This document shows, in pieces, positions 9,483-24,357 of a stretch of 64,000 nucleotides of DNA. The DNA is from Chiloscyllium plagiosum (Eukaryota), in contig NC_057713.1 of the NCBI RefSeq assembly GCF_004010195.1, positions 42,095,727 to 42,159,726 of the forward strand, read 5' to 3'. The notes below the pieces were generated by a model. The model did not search any database, had not been told where the DNA came from, and was given only the letters and a program-made list of their open reading frames with translations. The position numbers and the translations under genes were made by a program. Each line of letters begins with the position of its first letter. The first letter of the stretch is position 1.

Positions 9483-11299
9483 CCTTTCTGTACTGGGTTT
9501 ATGTGCTGATTTGGCTAATGGTTACAAACAATGAACTACTTCTGTGTCTTAACAAGTAAACCTACTTGGCAGAATAACAAGATATAACTTATTGCATGAT
9601 AGCAATAAGTACAAGTTACATTGGCCTGTTCAACATAATTATTAAGACCATCAGAAGCCAGGGATGGCACATCAGGTTCTTGAACAAGAACCCTTGTTTC
9701 TTCATCCATGTGCCATAATTACATGAGATGGAGCTTAATGAACTCTCCAATACTACCTTTCAGAACCATTCCCTTGTTTGATACCAGCAGTTTCTGTTTT
9801 GATTTCTGAGTGATGTAATTTCAGATAATAAAGATGACAATTGGTGTTATATTTCTTTATAGATCTGTTTGCTCCCAGAAAATTAAAATACACTAAAACT
9901 CATAAATATCCTTCAGTAGCATCACAAGATATTATTCCTATTCTGTGATGATTAACTCATAAATAATTTTAGACAAAGCATCAAAAACGAAATGAAATGT
10001 GTGGTTTTTTAATTCATTCTGCGATGACTGGATCTATTTTTAAACTGAAGAGAACCTGAAAAGTTTGGATGAGCCAACACCCATACTATCTCACTTTCCA
10101 CTGATCCTTCAGATTCAGCTTTTACCCTTGCCCCTCCTCTCCTAACCTGCAAGATCTAGCTTCAAAGCCACTGTGTTTCTGATGATTATGATCTTTATAT
10201 TGCTTAATGGGCCCTTGGGCCAAGCTGCCTATCATAGCTTTTCATAAAAACATTTGAACAAGGGCATCCTTTGTCATGTGATTTTTCCAGCCCACATTTA
10301 AGAGCTTGGGTTCAACACTAATTTTTCAAGGATAAGACAAAGTAAAGAACTATCTTCAGACTTAGGTTTCTTTTGGACTCTTTAATTGCATTTTAATATC
10401 AAACACTCTTACACTTGATAATCTGACTTAAACCAGGCTCTAATCATGCTGTTACATTGTTGAGAGACTATTTTCTGAACTCTATCTTCTACCTTTGTTT
10501 TAGCTCCACCTATATTGTGTGCTTTAGGTTTGATGAGGAGCAGCTCCATGACATCATTGCAAGGTTGGCCCTGAGTTCTAAAGCCTTGACACAGCATAGC
10601 AACCTTTTAAAATTGGCATTAAATTCCTGAAATTGGCTAATGATTGGCATCTGCTGTTAGGTAATTTGCCTTTGCACCTTTAATCTCCACAGTATTTTGC
10701 ATGGCAGGTTGCTGGATGTTTGAGAGGGAAACAGTCCCCTCTTGATTCTAACTGATTAGAAAAAGCAACTGTGGAGCTCCTTAACCAGTTTGGTTAAAGG
10801 ATTATGAAATGAACAGTGCAAACTCTGAACAAAGAAGAATAAATCACAATGCACAGAAATGTAAAGCTTGGAGGAAAAAAAACATGGAAGAGATTTAATC
10901 AGTTGTAGTCGTTATTCAGTTTCAGTAAAGTTGACTGGCAATGGTTTATAGGTGTCACATCATTAGAAGGATATTTAGACTTGATATAAATTGACCTAAC
11001 TATCTCTGGTGAGTTTACTTGCAATGTCTAATGAATTTGAATAGTGAGCCAGAAAGGAAGATGCTATTTCTGTGAAGCTCACAGCAGACTGGTATACCAC
11101 TGACAGCAACATCACAATTTCTGCATTTAATCAAGCATCTTCCTTCATGTGAAGTTGCCGTGGCATTCACACATAAATAAGTAAGTGCTGTTAGCCTCAC
11201 CATTACTTTGACAGCAATTTTGGGAGTAATTGGTTTCACCAGTTGGTGAAGTTGTAGCTAATAGGCAAAGACTCAGACTTAGCTCTCAAAGAATAAGGG

Positions 11300-11545
11300 C
11301 TTATGTTAGAAGAAATGGTTTTACACAGATTGTTATTAGATTATAAATTATATTACCACAAGTAGCTGTACAGCAGACTATAACATCATTCAAAAGTGAA
11401 TTGAATAAATATTTAAAAAGGAAATAAAAGGATTACAGCAAAAGGGCAGAGAAATGGGATTTGAGTGGATAGCTTCAGTTCAAGAGCTGGGAGAATCACA
11501 GGATCAAATGGCCTCTTTCTGTACTAGAAAATCTATGGTTTCTTT
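11300..11545 (+). mobile_element. Old CR1 3' end
   Basis: ttttacacaga...gatcaaatggcctctttctgtact...tctatg tail. Confidence 0.6.
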
Positions 11546-11784
11546 TCAGACTAAATGGATTATGATTCTCAGATAAATCTTTCACTTCTTGTCACAGTTT
11601 AAGATTTTTGATACTTTTTGTTGCTTGAAGTACAGGAATTGTTAAGAAGCAATGTCTAGGTGTTGTCTTTTAAAGGAGTTTGTTGGATCAGAAAGATCAT
11701 ACAGACTGGATAAAATAGAAATACATATTAAAGCCAGATCAATCTGTTTCAAACTAATGTAAAGAAAGCTATTTGTTTTCTTCA

Positions 11785-12340
11785 GAATCACAGAATTGTT
11801 GCAGCTTAGAAAGAGATTATTCAGCCCGTTATATCTGTACTAGGTCTCTGACTGCGCATCATGACTTAATACCATTCTTCTACCCTTTTCCCTGTAAACA
11901 TACACATTATTTCTACTTATTTCTATTTCTACTTCCATGACCATCTAATGTCCTCATGAACGCCTCAATTGAACCTGCCTCCACCATACCTCCAACAGTG
12001 CATTCCAGATGTGAACCACTCACTGTGTGAAAATGTTTTCTCTCACATCACATTTCCTTTTTTGAAAATCACGTTAAGTCTATGCTGTCACATTCTTCAT
12101 CTTTTAGAAGTGGGTATACATTCTTCCTATCTACTCTTGACAGATATCACATGTTTTTGAAGACTGCAATCAAATCTCCTCTTAGCCTTCTCCTTCTCAA
12201 GAAAATAATTAGTTCCAACTTCTCCACTGTATCTTTGTAACTGAAACTTCTCATCCTTCAAACTATTCTTCTAAACTTCTGCTGCATTATCTCCAATGCA
12301 ATCAGGTCTTCATAAAATATGGTGCCCAGAACTGTACACA
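11785..12340 (-). mobile_element. Old CR1 3' fragment
   Basis: agaatcacagaat tail; cctgcctccacc...cattccagat...aaatctcctcttagccttct...cccagaactgtacaca. Confidence 0.7.
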
Positions 12341-12344
12341 GCTG

Positions 12345-13250
12345 ACATTCTCCCTATCACAAGGTCGGAAGTGGGATGTTCACTGATGGTTGCATAAACT
12401 TTAGCACAATTCATGAGTCCTCATTGCTGACGCAGTTCATGTCCAAATAAAGCAAGACCTGGACAATTTCCAGTCTTGAGGTGATAAGTATCAAGTAACA
12501 TTTAGGCCAGAGAAGTGCCAGGCAATGACCACCTTCAACAAGAGCGAATCTCACCATTGTCCCACCAATGGCATTACAATTGTTGAATTCCCGACTATTA
12601 ACATTTTGTAAGTTATCATTAACCAGAAATTGAACTGAACCAGCTACAAAAATGCTGCATCTACAATGATAGGTTAGAGGTTAGCAGTACTGCAGCAAGT
12701 AACTCAATCATGAATCTGTAAATCCTGTCCATTAACTGCAAGACACAAGATTGTAGTATGACTTTATACTCGTCGTTTGCCTGAATGAGTATAGATCCAA
12801 TGACACCATCTTGATACCATCCAGAATAAAGCAGCCTGCTTGATTGGCATCTTATCAACAAAAATTCACCCTGCCATTACTCACATTTAGGAACAGCATT
12901 GTGTACCATTTATAGGATGCACTACAGAAATTTACAAAGGCTCCTCAGACAACACCTTCCGACTCCTTGACAACCAACATCCAGGAGGACAGATGCAGCA
13001 GATAAAACATTACCATCTGCAAGTCTCCCTCCAGATAATTCACCATCCTAACTTGGAAATGTACCACAGTTTCTATAGTGAGGCTAGGTCAAAATACTGG
13101 AACTTTCACTCTAACAGGATAGTGGCTGTACCCATGTCTCAAGAAATGCAATTGTTCAAGATGACAGGTTACCTTCACCTTCTCAAAGGCAATGAGAGAA
13201 GGGAATACATGCTGGTCCAGCCAGTGACACCCACATTCCATGAATGAATA
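12345..13250 (+). mobile_element. Decayed CR1-group LINE (same family as 1325-2382)
   Basis: aaggtcggaagtgggatgttcactgat...caagacctggacaat...cacccacattccatgaatgaata. Confidence 0.8.
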
Positions 13251-13750
13251 GACATACATATATGCAGGTCTTTCTGCTCTTCCACACTCTTTACTGTAGC
13301 ATCATATATTTTATACTGTCTCTATGCTCCATATTCTTTCTACTGAAATTTATCACTTCACTCTTCTGCATTGAACTTCATCTGCCATCTGACTACCCAC
13401 TTTGTCAACGTACAACTGTTCTTCTTGCAGTTTCAAATGTCCAAATCCTGTACCATCTACGCTTTGGAAATTATCCTCATGTGGTCCAAGATCTAATTAT
13501 TAACATGTCACGAAAAACTCAAGTCCAAATAATTAGTTCCTGGGGAACTCTACTGGTAACATTCATCCAGCCTAAAAGAAAGTTCATGAACCAGTATTCT
13601 CTGTTCCCTATAATTCTGCTAACTTTGTATCAATATATTTTCTGTCTTTTTCTATGCTCTGATGACTTTTTCTGATTTTGAAAATACTAGGAGGTGGTTT
13701 CTTCAAATCTACACTTCAGAGCTATTTAATCTAATAAATGTAGTAATCTA

Positions 13751-13858
13751 ATAAATGTAGGGGTAGGGGTATGGGTGGGTTACGCTTTGGCGGGTCGGTG
13801 TGGACTTGTTGGGCCGAAGGGCCTGTTTCCACACTGTAATGTAATCTAATCTAATCTA
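13751..13858 (+). mobile_element. 5'-truncated HE1 SINE with a 17-bp tandem duplication at its 5' junction
   Basis: gggtcggtgtggacttgttgggccgaagggcctgtttccacactgta(atct)n; taatctaataaatgtag repeated at 13727-13743 and 13744-13760. Confidence 0.85.
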
Positions 13859-14198
13859 TAGAAGGTCATAGCTGGTTGTCATCAGGACATGAACTGCAAT
13901 TGAAAGTGTGTGTGGGGCCTTCCCCATGTAATGATAAAGTATTAAATTGTACTATCTCTCTGGACATTAATATAATGTTAAAGGGTTAAATTGCACTGTC
14001 TTTTTCCAAGAAACTGAACATTCTGGAAGTGGGTGGGGGGAATATTCATGCAGGAGTGTGGATGACTCCCACTTTATTCGGGCAGTCATTTACTACTACT
14101 AATTCACTACATTATAAAATTTAACTCTCATTCAGTCCCTTCCATTCAGAAATGCTTTCATAGCCATCTCCTGAAGCTAGAACATATCACACCTACAT

Positions 14199-14530
14199 TG
14201 TTGTGGGGAAGCACGGCATCTGGAAATCATTTACATAATGATTCCCCATTATCACCGAAGATGACCTCATCCTATCATTGTACTTGGGGTAACATGTGGT
14301 TATGGGGGGGGGGAGTGTCCAGAGTACCTGTGAGCATTACCAACTGGCCTGTATAAAGGGGATGTGTTTCCTTTGTTTGCGGCCACTTTTGACTCGACTT
14401 CGCACACCTGCAAGGAGGGTCAAAGGGGGTCACCTAGTTTGTACAAGCTTTAATAAACTTTAACTGTTAGCAGAAGTTGGTGTGCGCGAATTGCATGTTA
14501 TGTGTGAAACCTCTGGAAAAGAACTTAACA
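14199..14530 (+). mobile_element. Solo LTR
   Basis: TGTT...AACA termini, TATAAA at ~14352, AATAAA at ~14452, flanked by tacat/tccat (5-bp TSD, 1 mismatch). Confidence 0.7.
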
Positions 14531-14849
14531 TCCATTGGTAAGCCTCTTCTGAGCTGAATGGTGAACAAGAAGAAGTGCCCATGGTAAGTTTTACAAGTTT
14601 ACATCAGATTTCCTTGTAGTTCATGCAGGAAAGCAGGTCAGCTTCACTGAGTCTCATATGGAAGCCTGGAGTCTCTATTGGACTGGGCTATCCTCTCTCT
14701 TAGTTGTGAACAGAGCCTTATCCACCCTACATAGCTGACAGCTGAGGATTGTTTTCACAGAATCTGACAACAGCTCCTTGGTACAAGATTGGCACTCGTA
14801 CCCAACAGCCAAGTTTGGGCAAGATGTAACTTAATACCTATTCATATCA

Positions 14850-15145
14850 GCTAGGCCAGCACTTATTGTTCATCCCTTAATTGCCAGAAGATGGTTATGA
14901 GTTAACCATATTGCTATGAGTTTGGAATCACTTGCAGGCCAGAGCAGGTAAAGATGGCAGTTTCCTTCCCTAAAGGGCATTAGGGAACAATTGACAATGG
15001 ATTTGTGGTCATCATTAGACTTTTAAGTCCAGATTTTTATTGAATTCAAATTCTACCATCTGCCATAGCAGAATTTGAACCCAGGTTCCCAGAAGATTAC
15101 TTGGATCTCAGGGTTAACAATCCAGCGGTAACACCACCAGGCCAT
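14850..15145 (-). mobile_element. tRNA-derived SINE sharing its 3' tail with the CR1-group LINE
   Basis: Reverse complement of the family at 34220-34560. Confidence 0.75.
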
Positions 15146-17155
15146 CAGACCTGACCTTGCTAGGATCATCACTTACTAATAACCACATTTCCCTTGCAAA
15201 ACTTAAGGCCTTTATTTCAATGTTATCCCTGCTTTGACATTTTACGTTAAGATATATTCAAACTTATGATCCCTCAGACCAAGTTGTCCAATAGTCCAAC
15301 CCCACAGGATATAATTTTTATTTAATAATCAAATCTGGGTATTTGCCAACATCTCATTGAGGTTTACACAGGTGTAACTTTTACTTAATGGACAGGAAAC
15401 TGGCAGCACAGATAGCCTATCTGTCATTGAATTTATCACTCCATTCCATCCACTCCAGATTTCTGTCCAAGCAATGAAGTAGAAAATATACTCCCTAGTA
15501 TTCCAAAATTGAATGAATTTATTGGGTTAGTTTTCCAGTGGACACCCGACTTTAGTTGTTTCCGGTTCATAACATTAACTTTGCAGCTCAGAACACAACT
15601 GGCCACCACCTACAAACATCCCAGTACAAGTAATGATGCCAAATATGTACTAACATTGGCACTTGAACAGTTGCTACACTAATGGCTTAGCAGTAAATGC
15701 CAATAATGATATGTTTGGAAATCAGTCAGTTATAGCGACTTTTGATAAAGGCACATAATAATTGTCTGAGACCAGCTCAGCTGAGGTAATATCTGACATT
15801 CAAGCAAAAAGCAAATCCATCCGATACACAACATAAGCCAACACAATCATGCAAGACAAAGAATTTCCCCTTTCTGTGGTGACAAAATACTGACTATGCT
15901 GGCAAACCAGGGTAAGAATAAAAATATCTGTTTCTCAACGTCAACAAACGTCCTCCCAGTTTTCCCATCAAGCCTTAAATGGTGGCTTCAGAGTCTCACC
16001 TTTGAGAGATGACTACCTTATTTTCAAGCATTTGCATCTTATCAAAGCCCCAACTCATCCTCCATTTCCAATTATCCTCCAATGAGGAATGAGATGGCGC
16101 AAATTCCCAATAGGCAGGATAGAGTGAGTACCTGGTGTTGAAATTCACCAAATGTTTCCCTGTCGTCAGGCTTCTGCTCCTTCTGTCTGACATCTTTCCA
16201 TGGTCCATGGCCAACATCCAGTTCCACCCCTCATTCATCTAACACCACATCAGCAAATCACCAACACTATGCTTGCTCTTGGACCAACTCTGACAACAAT
16301 GCAAGCCGTCCACACTTTACTTTGGAGTTGAATCCAACTTACATAATTCTGATTTTAATGCACAGACAGCCACACACCTCATACAGAATGCTTTTGTGTT
16401 AGAATGGACACAAATATCATATGGCTCTTATCTTCCCAGAATTCACAGATTATAGCGTTGAGTTATAGCTGCCAGCCTGTACAGTTCAGGTTGTGTTTAA
16501 CCCAGATGGAGGGATGGTTAGCTTGTGACAGTAGGGAGCACTGAACAGTCAACCAGTAAGTCAGACAGCAACATCAGAGCTGCAGCATGCACAGTAGCTT
16601 ATGAGGCAAACACACTGCATATGCTTCAAGAAAATGGTGGTGTGAAAGTCAAAGTGGAACAGTCCTTAGTAGGGTGAAGGGGATTACAGTCAGTCAGTTG
16701 TTACCGCCAGTGTCAGTTGATGTGAGTGGAAATAGAAGTGTCCCATTATCACTGAATAGAATTATTGTGAAGCAGAAGTGAGAAAGATTGCTTGTGCTGG
16801 AGTTAAAAACTATAATTGTATGTCTGTATACTGAGTAAGAGAGAGACGAAGAAGGGTCTTATCTTGGCAGAATGAGTAAAAGGTCTGCAGACAAATCCTT
16901 AGAGAGTCCTGACAACATTGACTTGATAATTTGCTGGGCAACCTTTCACCCAGAGATTAATAACAAGGCTTCCTTCCTGTTCCTCACCTGTTTTATGAGC
17001 ACATTGATTATTACATCAGAGAATTCAAGAGATGGGAAAGGGTTTGCTCTAGATGACATCACATTTCTTTCTCTTGCAATGGCTCCCACTTCACTGACCA
17101 GCTTTGCAAAGTACTTCCCCTTTTTAGGGCTGCAGGCTGCCTTTAAGTGACCGTG

Positions 17156-17222
17156 GGTTTAGATCAGAGTGGTGCTGGAAAAGCACAGCAGGTCAGGCAG
17201 CATCTGAGGAGCAGGAAAATCA
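17156..17222 (-). mobile_element. Short PLE family B pLTR fragment with TSD
   Basis: gctggaaaagcacagcaggtcaggcagcatc, flanked by tttaagtgac(c/g)gtg at 17142-17155 and 17223-17236. Confidence 0.7.
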
Positions 17223-20200
17223 TTTAAGTGACGGTGTACTGCCTGATTTTCCATTCCTATCAAGAAGGCGATCAGCGTCATCAGGTTGCTATTGGTGTTT
17301 AAATTGAGATTTGAACACTAATATTAACCAGGCTGCCAGCCATGTTGGTCCGCAATGATGCAGTTGTCCCACCCACTGTCTGCTGATATGTGGCAGAAAC
17401 AAGATTTGACCTGATTATCCATTAATTAATGCTGTCATCTCTTTTTCATCTTGATGGTGTTCTTCACCACAAAACCTCCCCCAGCTACTATATGAAATTC
17501 ACCAATTATTTAATCTTCAAAACATCAGAAGTATTTATTTCTCCATTGCCATTATTTATACCACCAAATAACTATGCTCACACAAACAATCGGGGAAAGA
17601 TAACAGAGGACACAGGACATCTACTTAATTCCAGTTATTTATTGAGTCTTCCTCTTTAAACTTTTTGACTTAAGTTAACAGAAGAGACTTTCATGAAAGA
17701 GCAAAAATTGATAGATCCCCTATGGAAAGAGTAAAGCAGTTCATCTATTTTATTGCTCCATGGTTCAGATAGCAAACTAGAGATTTATTAAGTCCACTGT
17801 AAGATATGAGCTTACAGGTAGGGCTGGTGTGATAATGCATATGATTAAATAGAATCATCTGGAAAAACTGCTCCATTATCATTGTTACTGAGGGCACTAA
17901 ACTCATTTGTAGCTAATAGAACTTTCATAAAAATCAAAGATGTTATTATTGCCTAAAACACTGATAAACTTGATTCTTATCTTCCGAATTTAGGTATTAC
18001 TGGCTGTGTGGTTAAGCAGCAGACTAAATCTGATTTTATTCTCTGGTAGAATATTCTACATGTGCAATTTTATCAATTTTGCCTCATGTTCCTCTAAAAT
18101 GCAAATGTAGTGCTTAGCCCATGTGGTGATTTTTCAATTAAAACAGGCTGTAGGAATGTACAATTTGAAAATCTGCATGCAGCTCTGTCACAGTGCTGAC
18201 AGAGAGAATGCTTGTAACATATATAATGCTGGTTAATGACCAGCACTGAGATTTATGACATTGGCCTCTTGGGATGGGATACCCAGGTGCAGGAGTGCCC
18301 TCCTGACTTGGAAATCAGAGCAACAATTCAGCACTTCATAACAGATACACTTTCAGAAAAACATATTTAATGAAAACTCTTAAAAATACTTTCACAGAAT
18401 ACTAGCTGTTCATTTGCCGATCTGCTGTTAATATTTGTAGAAGTACTCAGTTCAATGGAGTTGCCAGCAAATGAAGGACAATCTTTAGGTGTTAGGTAAT
18501 CAGTGGGAAAGCGATGAAAGAGGATTTCAATTATGATCAGAATCGAACGAGATCACATATATGAGTGATCATGTACCACACATTGATAAATTACCAAAAG
18601 TTAGATGCTATTTGTCTAAATAATTTCAAAACAGCCCTATTTGGGGAAATGATTAATTCAGGTAACTGTTTGGTCCAGGAATTTGATGGTGTCATGCATT
18701 AATTTTTTCCCAATCATCATCCTTCCCAGTTACCTCATTTTTTTGAGGCTGTTGTCAGCAATGTAGCAAGTATGAAATTCCAATCCTCTGCATCAGCAAC
18801 TTGCCCTATCTTTTGAAAATTATGCTCAAGGGCCAATGTTAAATAGAGTCCCAATCTTCTCTTCAGGTACTTGCATCATTCCTCGCTCGCAGAATGGGTT
18901 AATTTCAATGCCATAATGTGTTGGATTATTTCATTTAGCACGGGAATTAGAATAGCAATAAATGAAATAATTTTACAGGCCTGGTGTGCAAGAATATCTG
19001 GCTAATTTTCAAACTGATCAATTAACATTACAGAGATTCAATATATGATTTATAACTATCCTTATTTAATACACTCATAGAATTGTTTAAGAGGCAACAT
19101 TCATTTGGCTACATTCAGCAAGCAGCCTGTTGAGACCTCTTGAGTGCTGGCAGCTCACTCAAAAAATATTCATGGTGACAAAGCCCCATTTGGGACTTGG
19201 CTCAGTTGGTGCATGCACCAAAGTTTGGATGTCTTTCGTTTCACACCTATATTCAAATTTCACTCCCACAGGATGAAAGTCTTAGATTGTAGAATGATCT
19301 TCAGTATTATTTTATTCACTCCAGCTCCCCAGAGAACTGATGCAGACTTAACCATCCTATAGTTAACCAAAATCACATTACCCTTGTCTCACAATGGCAG
19401 AATAACATCTGTTTACCTGGCAATTTAAAGTTTTGTGAATGTCAGCACAGCTTTAAGAGAACATGGTTCAATTCTCCATCAATCCCAATTTCATCTTGTT
19501 GCAATACTGAGAGGATACAATGCCTTGATGATAGCGATCGAATGTACCAACAGTGGTTCTGGGATCAGAAACATCAATCCAATTGTCCACTGTCGAGCTA
19601 TCTTCAAAGCTCCCCCAATATTTCAACATGACCATTCACTTCGTTGTCTCAATTAGCAGAGCACAGAATCTCTTCCTGTTTCACAGACCTGCTGCATTAG
19701 GAATTTGATAGAACAGCATTCAACTTCTATCAGGCAATATAATAAAAATCTGAACAAGGATGATATATCTTTTTTGGTTATGATTCCCTAACAACACTGT
19801 TTCCTACTCTTCATCTTTCCTTTCAAAGAGTAATGTAACTACTCATAGGTTGAAGGCTGAAAAGTGGCAACGGAGGCCAGTTTGCACTTTAATATACTTT
19901 CTTTGCCTCTATTCTGATTAGTACATGGTCCCCATGGTATTTACCTCTGATGGAATGTGACAGATCAACATCACCTGTGACATTTGCTTTTATGAAGATG
20001 ATTTCTGTAGCTGCCAGAGCATTGAGTCAAATAGCCAAATGTCATCACAGGCAGTACTTCCAAATATTATTGTATTAGAGGTGAGGTCTTGGTCTCCATC
20101 CAAAGAGTTTATAATATTTCCACTATGTATTTTATCACACATCCCCCACTGTCACTGAAATCTTCCTAGCTGGCAGGTTTACAGTAGACCATCATTAATC

Positions 20201-21299
20201 TTAACTATACTGCAGCAGTAGGGCGACAGATGATTTATCACACACGCTGTTCTGCAAGACCCAGGTGAATAGCACTCAGCTGTACTTACTGCATTGGGTT
20301 ACATTACTATCATTGACCTGTCTTGCAGTGCAACCATTTATGTTGATTTTGTTGGATTTTTTTTCCATTCATTCTATTGCACAGTTTGTAATCATTTAAC
20401 AATGCTGTTTAATATTTCTAGCAAATAGTGCTTTCCCTTTCACCATCAAGAGCTATTACCAAGAGTGGAATCCTGGAAGGATGTTGGAGAAGTTAATTAA
20501 AGTATAATCCAGCTTTGCTCTTGAAAATAATAAATAGCCTTTGTACAATATTATGATATAAAATTATATTTCTAATGTAAAGTGAGGTATATTAATATTA
20601 ATTCCAGCAGAAAGCCCAGCATATCAATTTCTAGTTTTTATATTCTTTCTCTATTGACTTTCAGTGTTATGTTTCGTAGTTTTTTTTCACCTATCCCCAT
20701 TTCTAAGCAACATGCCAAATGGCAGTGGGGGGGGGGGGGTGAAGGGGGAGAGGAGATGTTCACTGCTTGCCTTATTTACAGAGCAGAGGCAGTACATAAA
20801 AATGTAGCTGGGCTTTGTGAACCATGCAGGAAAAATAAACTCACTTTAGCACATTGCCATGCTGAAGGTTATTTGTAATGGGTACCCAATATAAACAGAA
20901 AATCTAGTCTGTAATTTCTTTTCTTCTATTTGTTAAATAACCTTAACATACTTGACAAAAGCAAGCCGCTTTGAAGTTCAAAGTCATCATTTCAAAGTAC
21001 TTTGTGTTAGTTATAGATAATGTTATCACTACATTTTTGGGTTTTTGTGATTTGATGTTTTCCTCAGGTCAAGGGCCACAGATTGCTATATCAAGTGAAA
21101 CCAAATTTGACAGCTCCTCACTTGTTCAATGCCTAAATATGGGTTTTGAGTCCAGGAGTCAAACAACCCTTGCAAAATACTCTTGCATTTCCAAAATTCT
21201 CTTTCTCTCCAAAGTCCACGAATGCGTTGTCGCCTTCCAGATGTGCATCATCTTCCTGGAACTTCACTAAGCCAGTTTTTGCCACTGCCACAGTAATGT

Positions 21300-21485
21300 A
21301 ACGGCTTGTTAACCAATCCTCAAATATTGTCATCTGTTACTGTGACAAAGACAAATCCACTCTCCCCATCCCTCTCAATGCATCTGCAGTCTTTGTTCTA
21401 CCTGACCATGTTATCCTCTTCCAACATCTCTTCACAGTTGTCCAGCTGGGTGTGATGTCTGTTGCCTGGTTCTATTCTTAACTAA
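21300..21485 (+). mobile_element. Old L2 LINE RT fragment
   Basis: LNASAVF..PDHVILFQHL resembles LDLSAAFDTVDH.ILL.RL. Confidence 0.6.
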
Positions 21486-22019
21486 CCTCATTTATTTTCC
21501 TCTCCCTCCTGACTTCAAGTACTGAAATATGTGGACCGTAGGATAATTGCAGAGTCTTGCATGGTGTGGTCAGTGAGTTTCAGGGAAATTTCTTCTCCCT
21601 TGATAAATGGTATAGGGAAGGCAGCTTGCAGCTATATGTTACTAAATGTAACACCATGCGACTAGATGTCAACAGACATAATCACATGTTCCTTTACACC
21701 AAGTTAGGCAATTACACCTTGACAGAGGTGAAAGCCTGGAAAATTCAGGGTTTTTATACCTTCCAGCTGATTTGAAGTGGGATGGCAAAGTTGACAACAT
21801 GATAAAAACAAAATCAATTAGTCTTCATCCTCATCTTTATCAGACTCCCCAGAGCAAAACTTGGAAATGCAACAGGAGTCTTTGATGCTGGCTAGAGAAC
21901 CGATGAAAATGCTACATTTTTTGCGGGCAAGTCTGCCACATTTACTCAGGACTTGACAGAGCAATGGTGGCCCTTCCTCAGGACGGAAATTCCATCCACT
22001 GAGGAGCTCCACTGAAAGG

Positions 22020-22038
22020 CAGTGCCACCTGGTGGATG
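22020..22038 (-). promoter_or_regulatory. Candidate CTCF site
   Basis: Minus strand CCACCAGGTGGCACT closely matches the CTCF core. It lies in probable repeat-derived sequence. Confidence 0.4.
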
Positions 22039-23349
22039 GAGGCTGCTGCTGGTACAACACCCACCCATGGCTGAGGGACATCACTGGATCACAGTCCACA
22101 GTCAAAATAATGGCAGATATCCAAAAGGTGGAGGTGTTGGCGATGGGGCAGTGGGGTGGCTTTAAGCAGGTCTACCCCCTTTTCTGTTTACAGCTCCCTT
22201 GATCAGGCACTGAATGCTTTTGAACGAGGGACACCCGGGATCCAATGCACAAGTTTATTTGATATGCCTCCTGCATACATAGGCTCCTGCTACTCGCTAA
22301 ATACCAATGGTGAGATGAAGTCTTTAAGTAGTATCTGATAGACAATTTAAGGGCCTCAATTGGCTGCAGAACTGAAGGATATTAACAGGCCATTCACCAT
22401 GGTCTTGATCGGAGTGGAGGCATGAACGTGACTGGGTCACCATTTGCCACCCTCCTACCTGATTAATGATCTCTGCCTTGGGGGAAGCACAAATTTCTGC
22501 TCCTATCCATGACTTATTGGTACATCCAGTTACATCATTCATTAGTTGACCATGCTATGTTTGTGGGATACCCTGGCCTCAAACATTCCTAAACTGCCCG
22601 GATCTAAAGAATATATGGGTGTGTGTCAAGTTGGATCTGCAGTTCACAGCATGAGCTGCAAATATCACCTTTCATATCACAAAGCTCAAATCACTGAAAA
22701 TAAGGAGAGTTAATATTTGTACAAAGGTGTGAAAATCCGTTATGCAATTTAAACAATTTCAGATCTGATGAGTACCACCACACCTAAAGCAATCAAGACA
22801 CCTCACATTCAATACAATTCAACCCATAAGACACTAAATGCAAAGGTGAAACCCTGTTGAATTCTTTATAAGGTTCAGCTCCTCAGTTAAGCACTTAATG
22901 ATGAAATTTATATGTACATCAGTGCTAGTAATGTAGAAATGGTGTATTGCTTTGTAACTGTAATGTAACGTTATTCCAATTTTACCCTTCTTTCAATTTT
23001 CTGCTGAACACTTGCCAGCTTGTTACCTGCTGAATTTATTTATCTACTTTTATTATTATATTGTGCACACTTGCATTTTTGAATATGATTACTTAACATG
23101 TTAGTCTAAAGTTGTACACACTAGGTGGATTAGCTATGGCAAGTGTAGTGTTACGGGGATAGGGTAGGAGGCTGGGTCTGGATAGGATGTTCTTCAGAGC
23201 TGGATGGCCTTTTACAGCACAATAGGGATTCTAAGAATCTATATGAATTTTTTGATATTCTACAGTATAATTCAGTTTTCTGACTGTGAATGTTTCTCTT
23301 GAATAAAGCATCAGTCTTATTATAATCATAGGTGAAGCACTGCCAGAGG

Positions 23350-23760
23350 TAGTTTCTCTTCCCTCTCCTGTGCTACCACTGATGTCCTCCAGGATCCACT
23401 CCTATTTCACACTTGCATTCTTGCACTCAAGGACATCATTTGAAAAGACATTTATACTGACAACTCTCAGATTTACTCATTATCACCACTTCTCCCAACT
23501 CATCCACTTTGGCAATTTATCAGATTGCTTGTCAAATGTTCAGTACTGGACGAGCAAAAAATTCCTAGAATTAAATATTAGGGAGATTGAAGCCATTAAC
23601 TTCAGACCTTGCTACAAACTCCATTCACTTGTTTCTAACCCTATTCCACTCACTGCCAATTGTCTGATGATTAACAGACTTTTCATAATTTTGGTGCTAT
23701 ATTTGACTCTGTGGTGAACTTCTAACCATCTTTCTCTGCTATGGCCCAGGCTAATTATTT
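23350..23760 (+). mobile_element. Old L2 LINE RT fragment (continuation; more pieces at ~27610-28745)
   Basis: YTDNSQIY resembles YADDTQLY; LELNIREIEAI resembles L.LN..KTE.I; L2-like end gctacataaatacagtttgtcgttg near 28740. Confidence 0.6.
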
Positions 23761-23764
23761 CCAA

Positions 23765-24075
23765 TGGCGTAGTGGCTCAATGACAGTACTAGGGACCAGA
23801 GTGAGACTCCACCCTTAGGTGACTGTCTGTGTGGAGTTTTCACATCCTCCCCAGATGTGCATGTGTTTCCTCTGGACACTTCGGTTTCCTCACACAGTCC
23901 AAAGATGTGCAGGTTAGGTGGATTGGCCATGCTAAATTTTCCATAGTGTCCAGAGACGTGTAGGTGAGGTGGGTTAATCAGGAGTAAATGTAGGGGAATG
24001 GGTCTGGGTGGGTTACTCCTCAGAGGGTTGGTGTGGACTTGTTAGGCTGTCCCCACACTGTAGGGATTCTAATTC
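23765..24075 (+). mobile_element. HE1 SINE
   Basis: gactgtctgtgtggagtttt...aaagatgtgcaggttaggtggattggccatgc...cacactgtagggattct. Confidence 0.85.
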
Positions 24076-24357
24076 TACCTCTCTTTTTAAAAAAAGGCCC
24101 GAAGTGCTTTCAATTCTGATGTTCCTTTTTGGTTTTAAAAAAATCAGCAATTCAATGCTCCTTATATCACAGGTTTTCTAAAAGAAAATACAGCTGAAAA
24201 AAATATTTTAAATGGTTTTCTATATTAACAAGACTTACCAGTATCCTGAGGTTGGTGAAATAGTTGAGGAAAGCCCTTACAACATCATCATTTCGTATTT
24301 ATTTTGAGTAACATCTAGTGGCTGACACCTGCAATTTAAAATGTCCGAGGCTTTACT

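Noticed and set aside
15700-16400. Possible further Harbinger-derived remnants (also ~33060-34060 and 35700-37500)
   Set aside because: Composition looks TE-derived, but no convincing peptide motifs or terminal inverted repeats could be delimited.
21050-21270. Host exon after the tttcctcag acceptor-like site
   Set aside because: No recognisable protein similarity or clear donor; it runs into L2-derived sequence.
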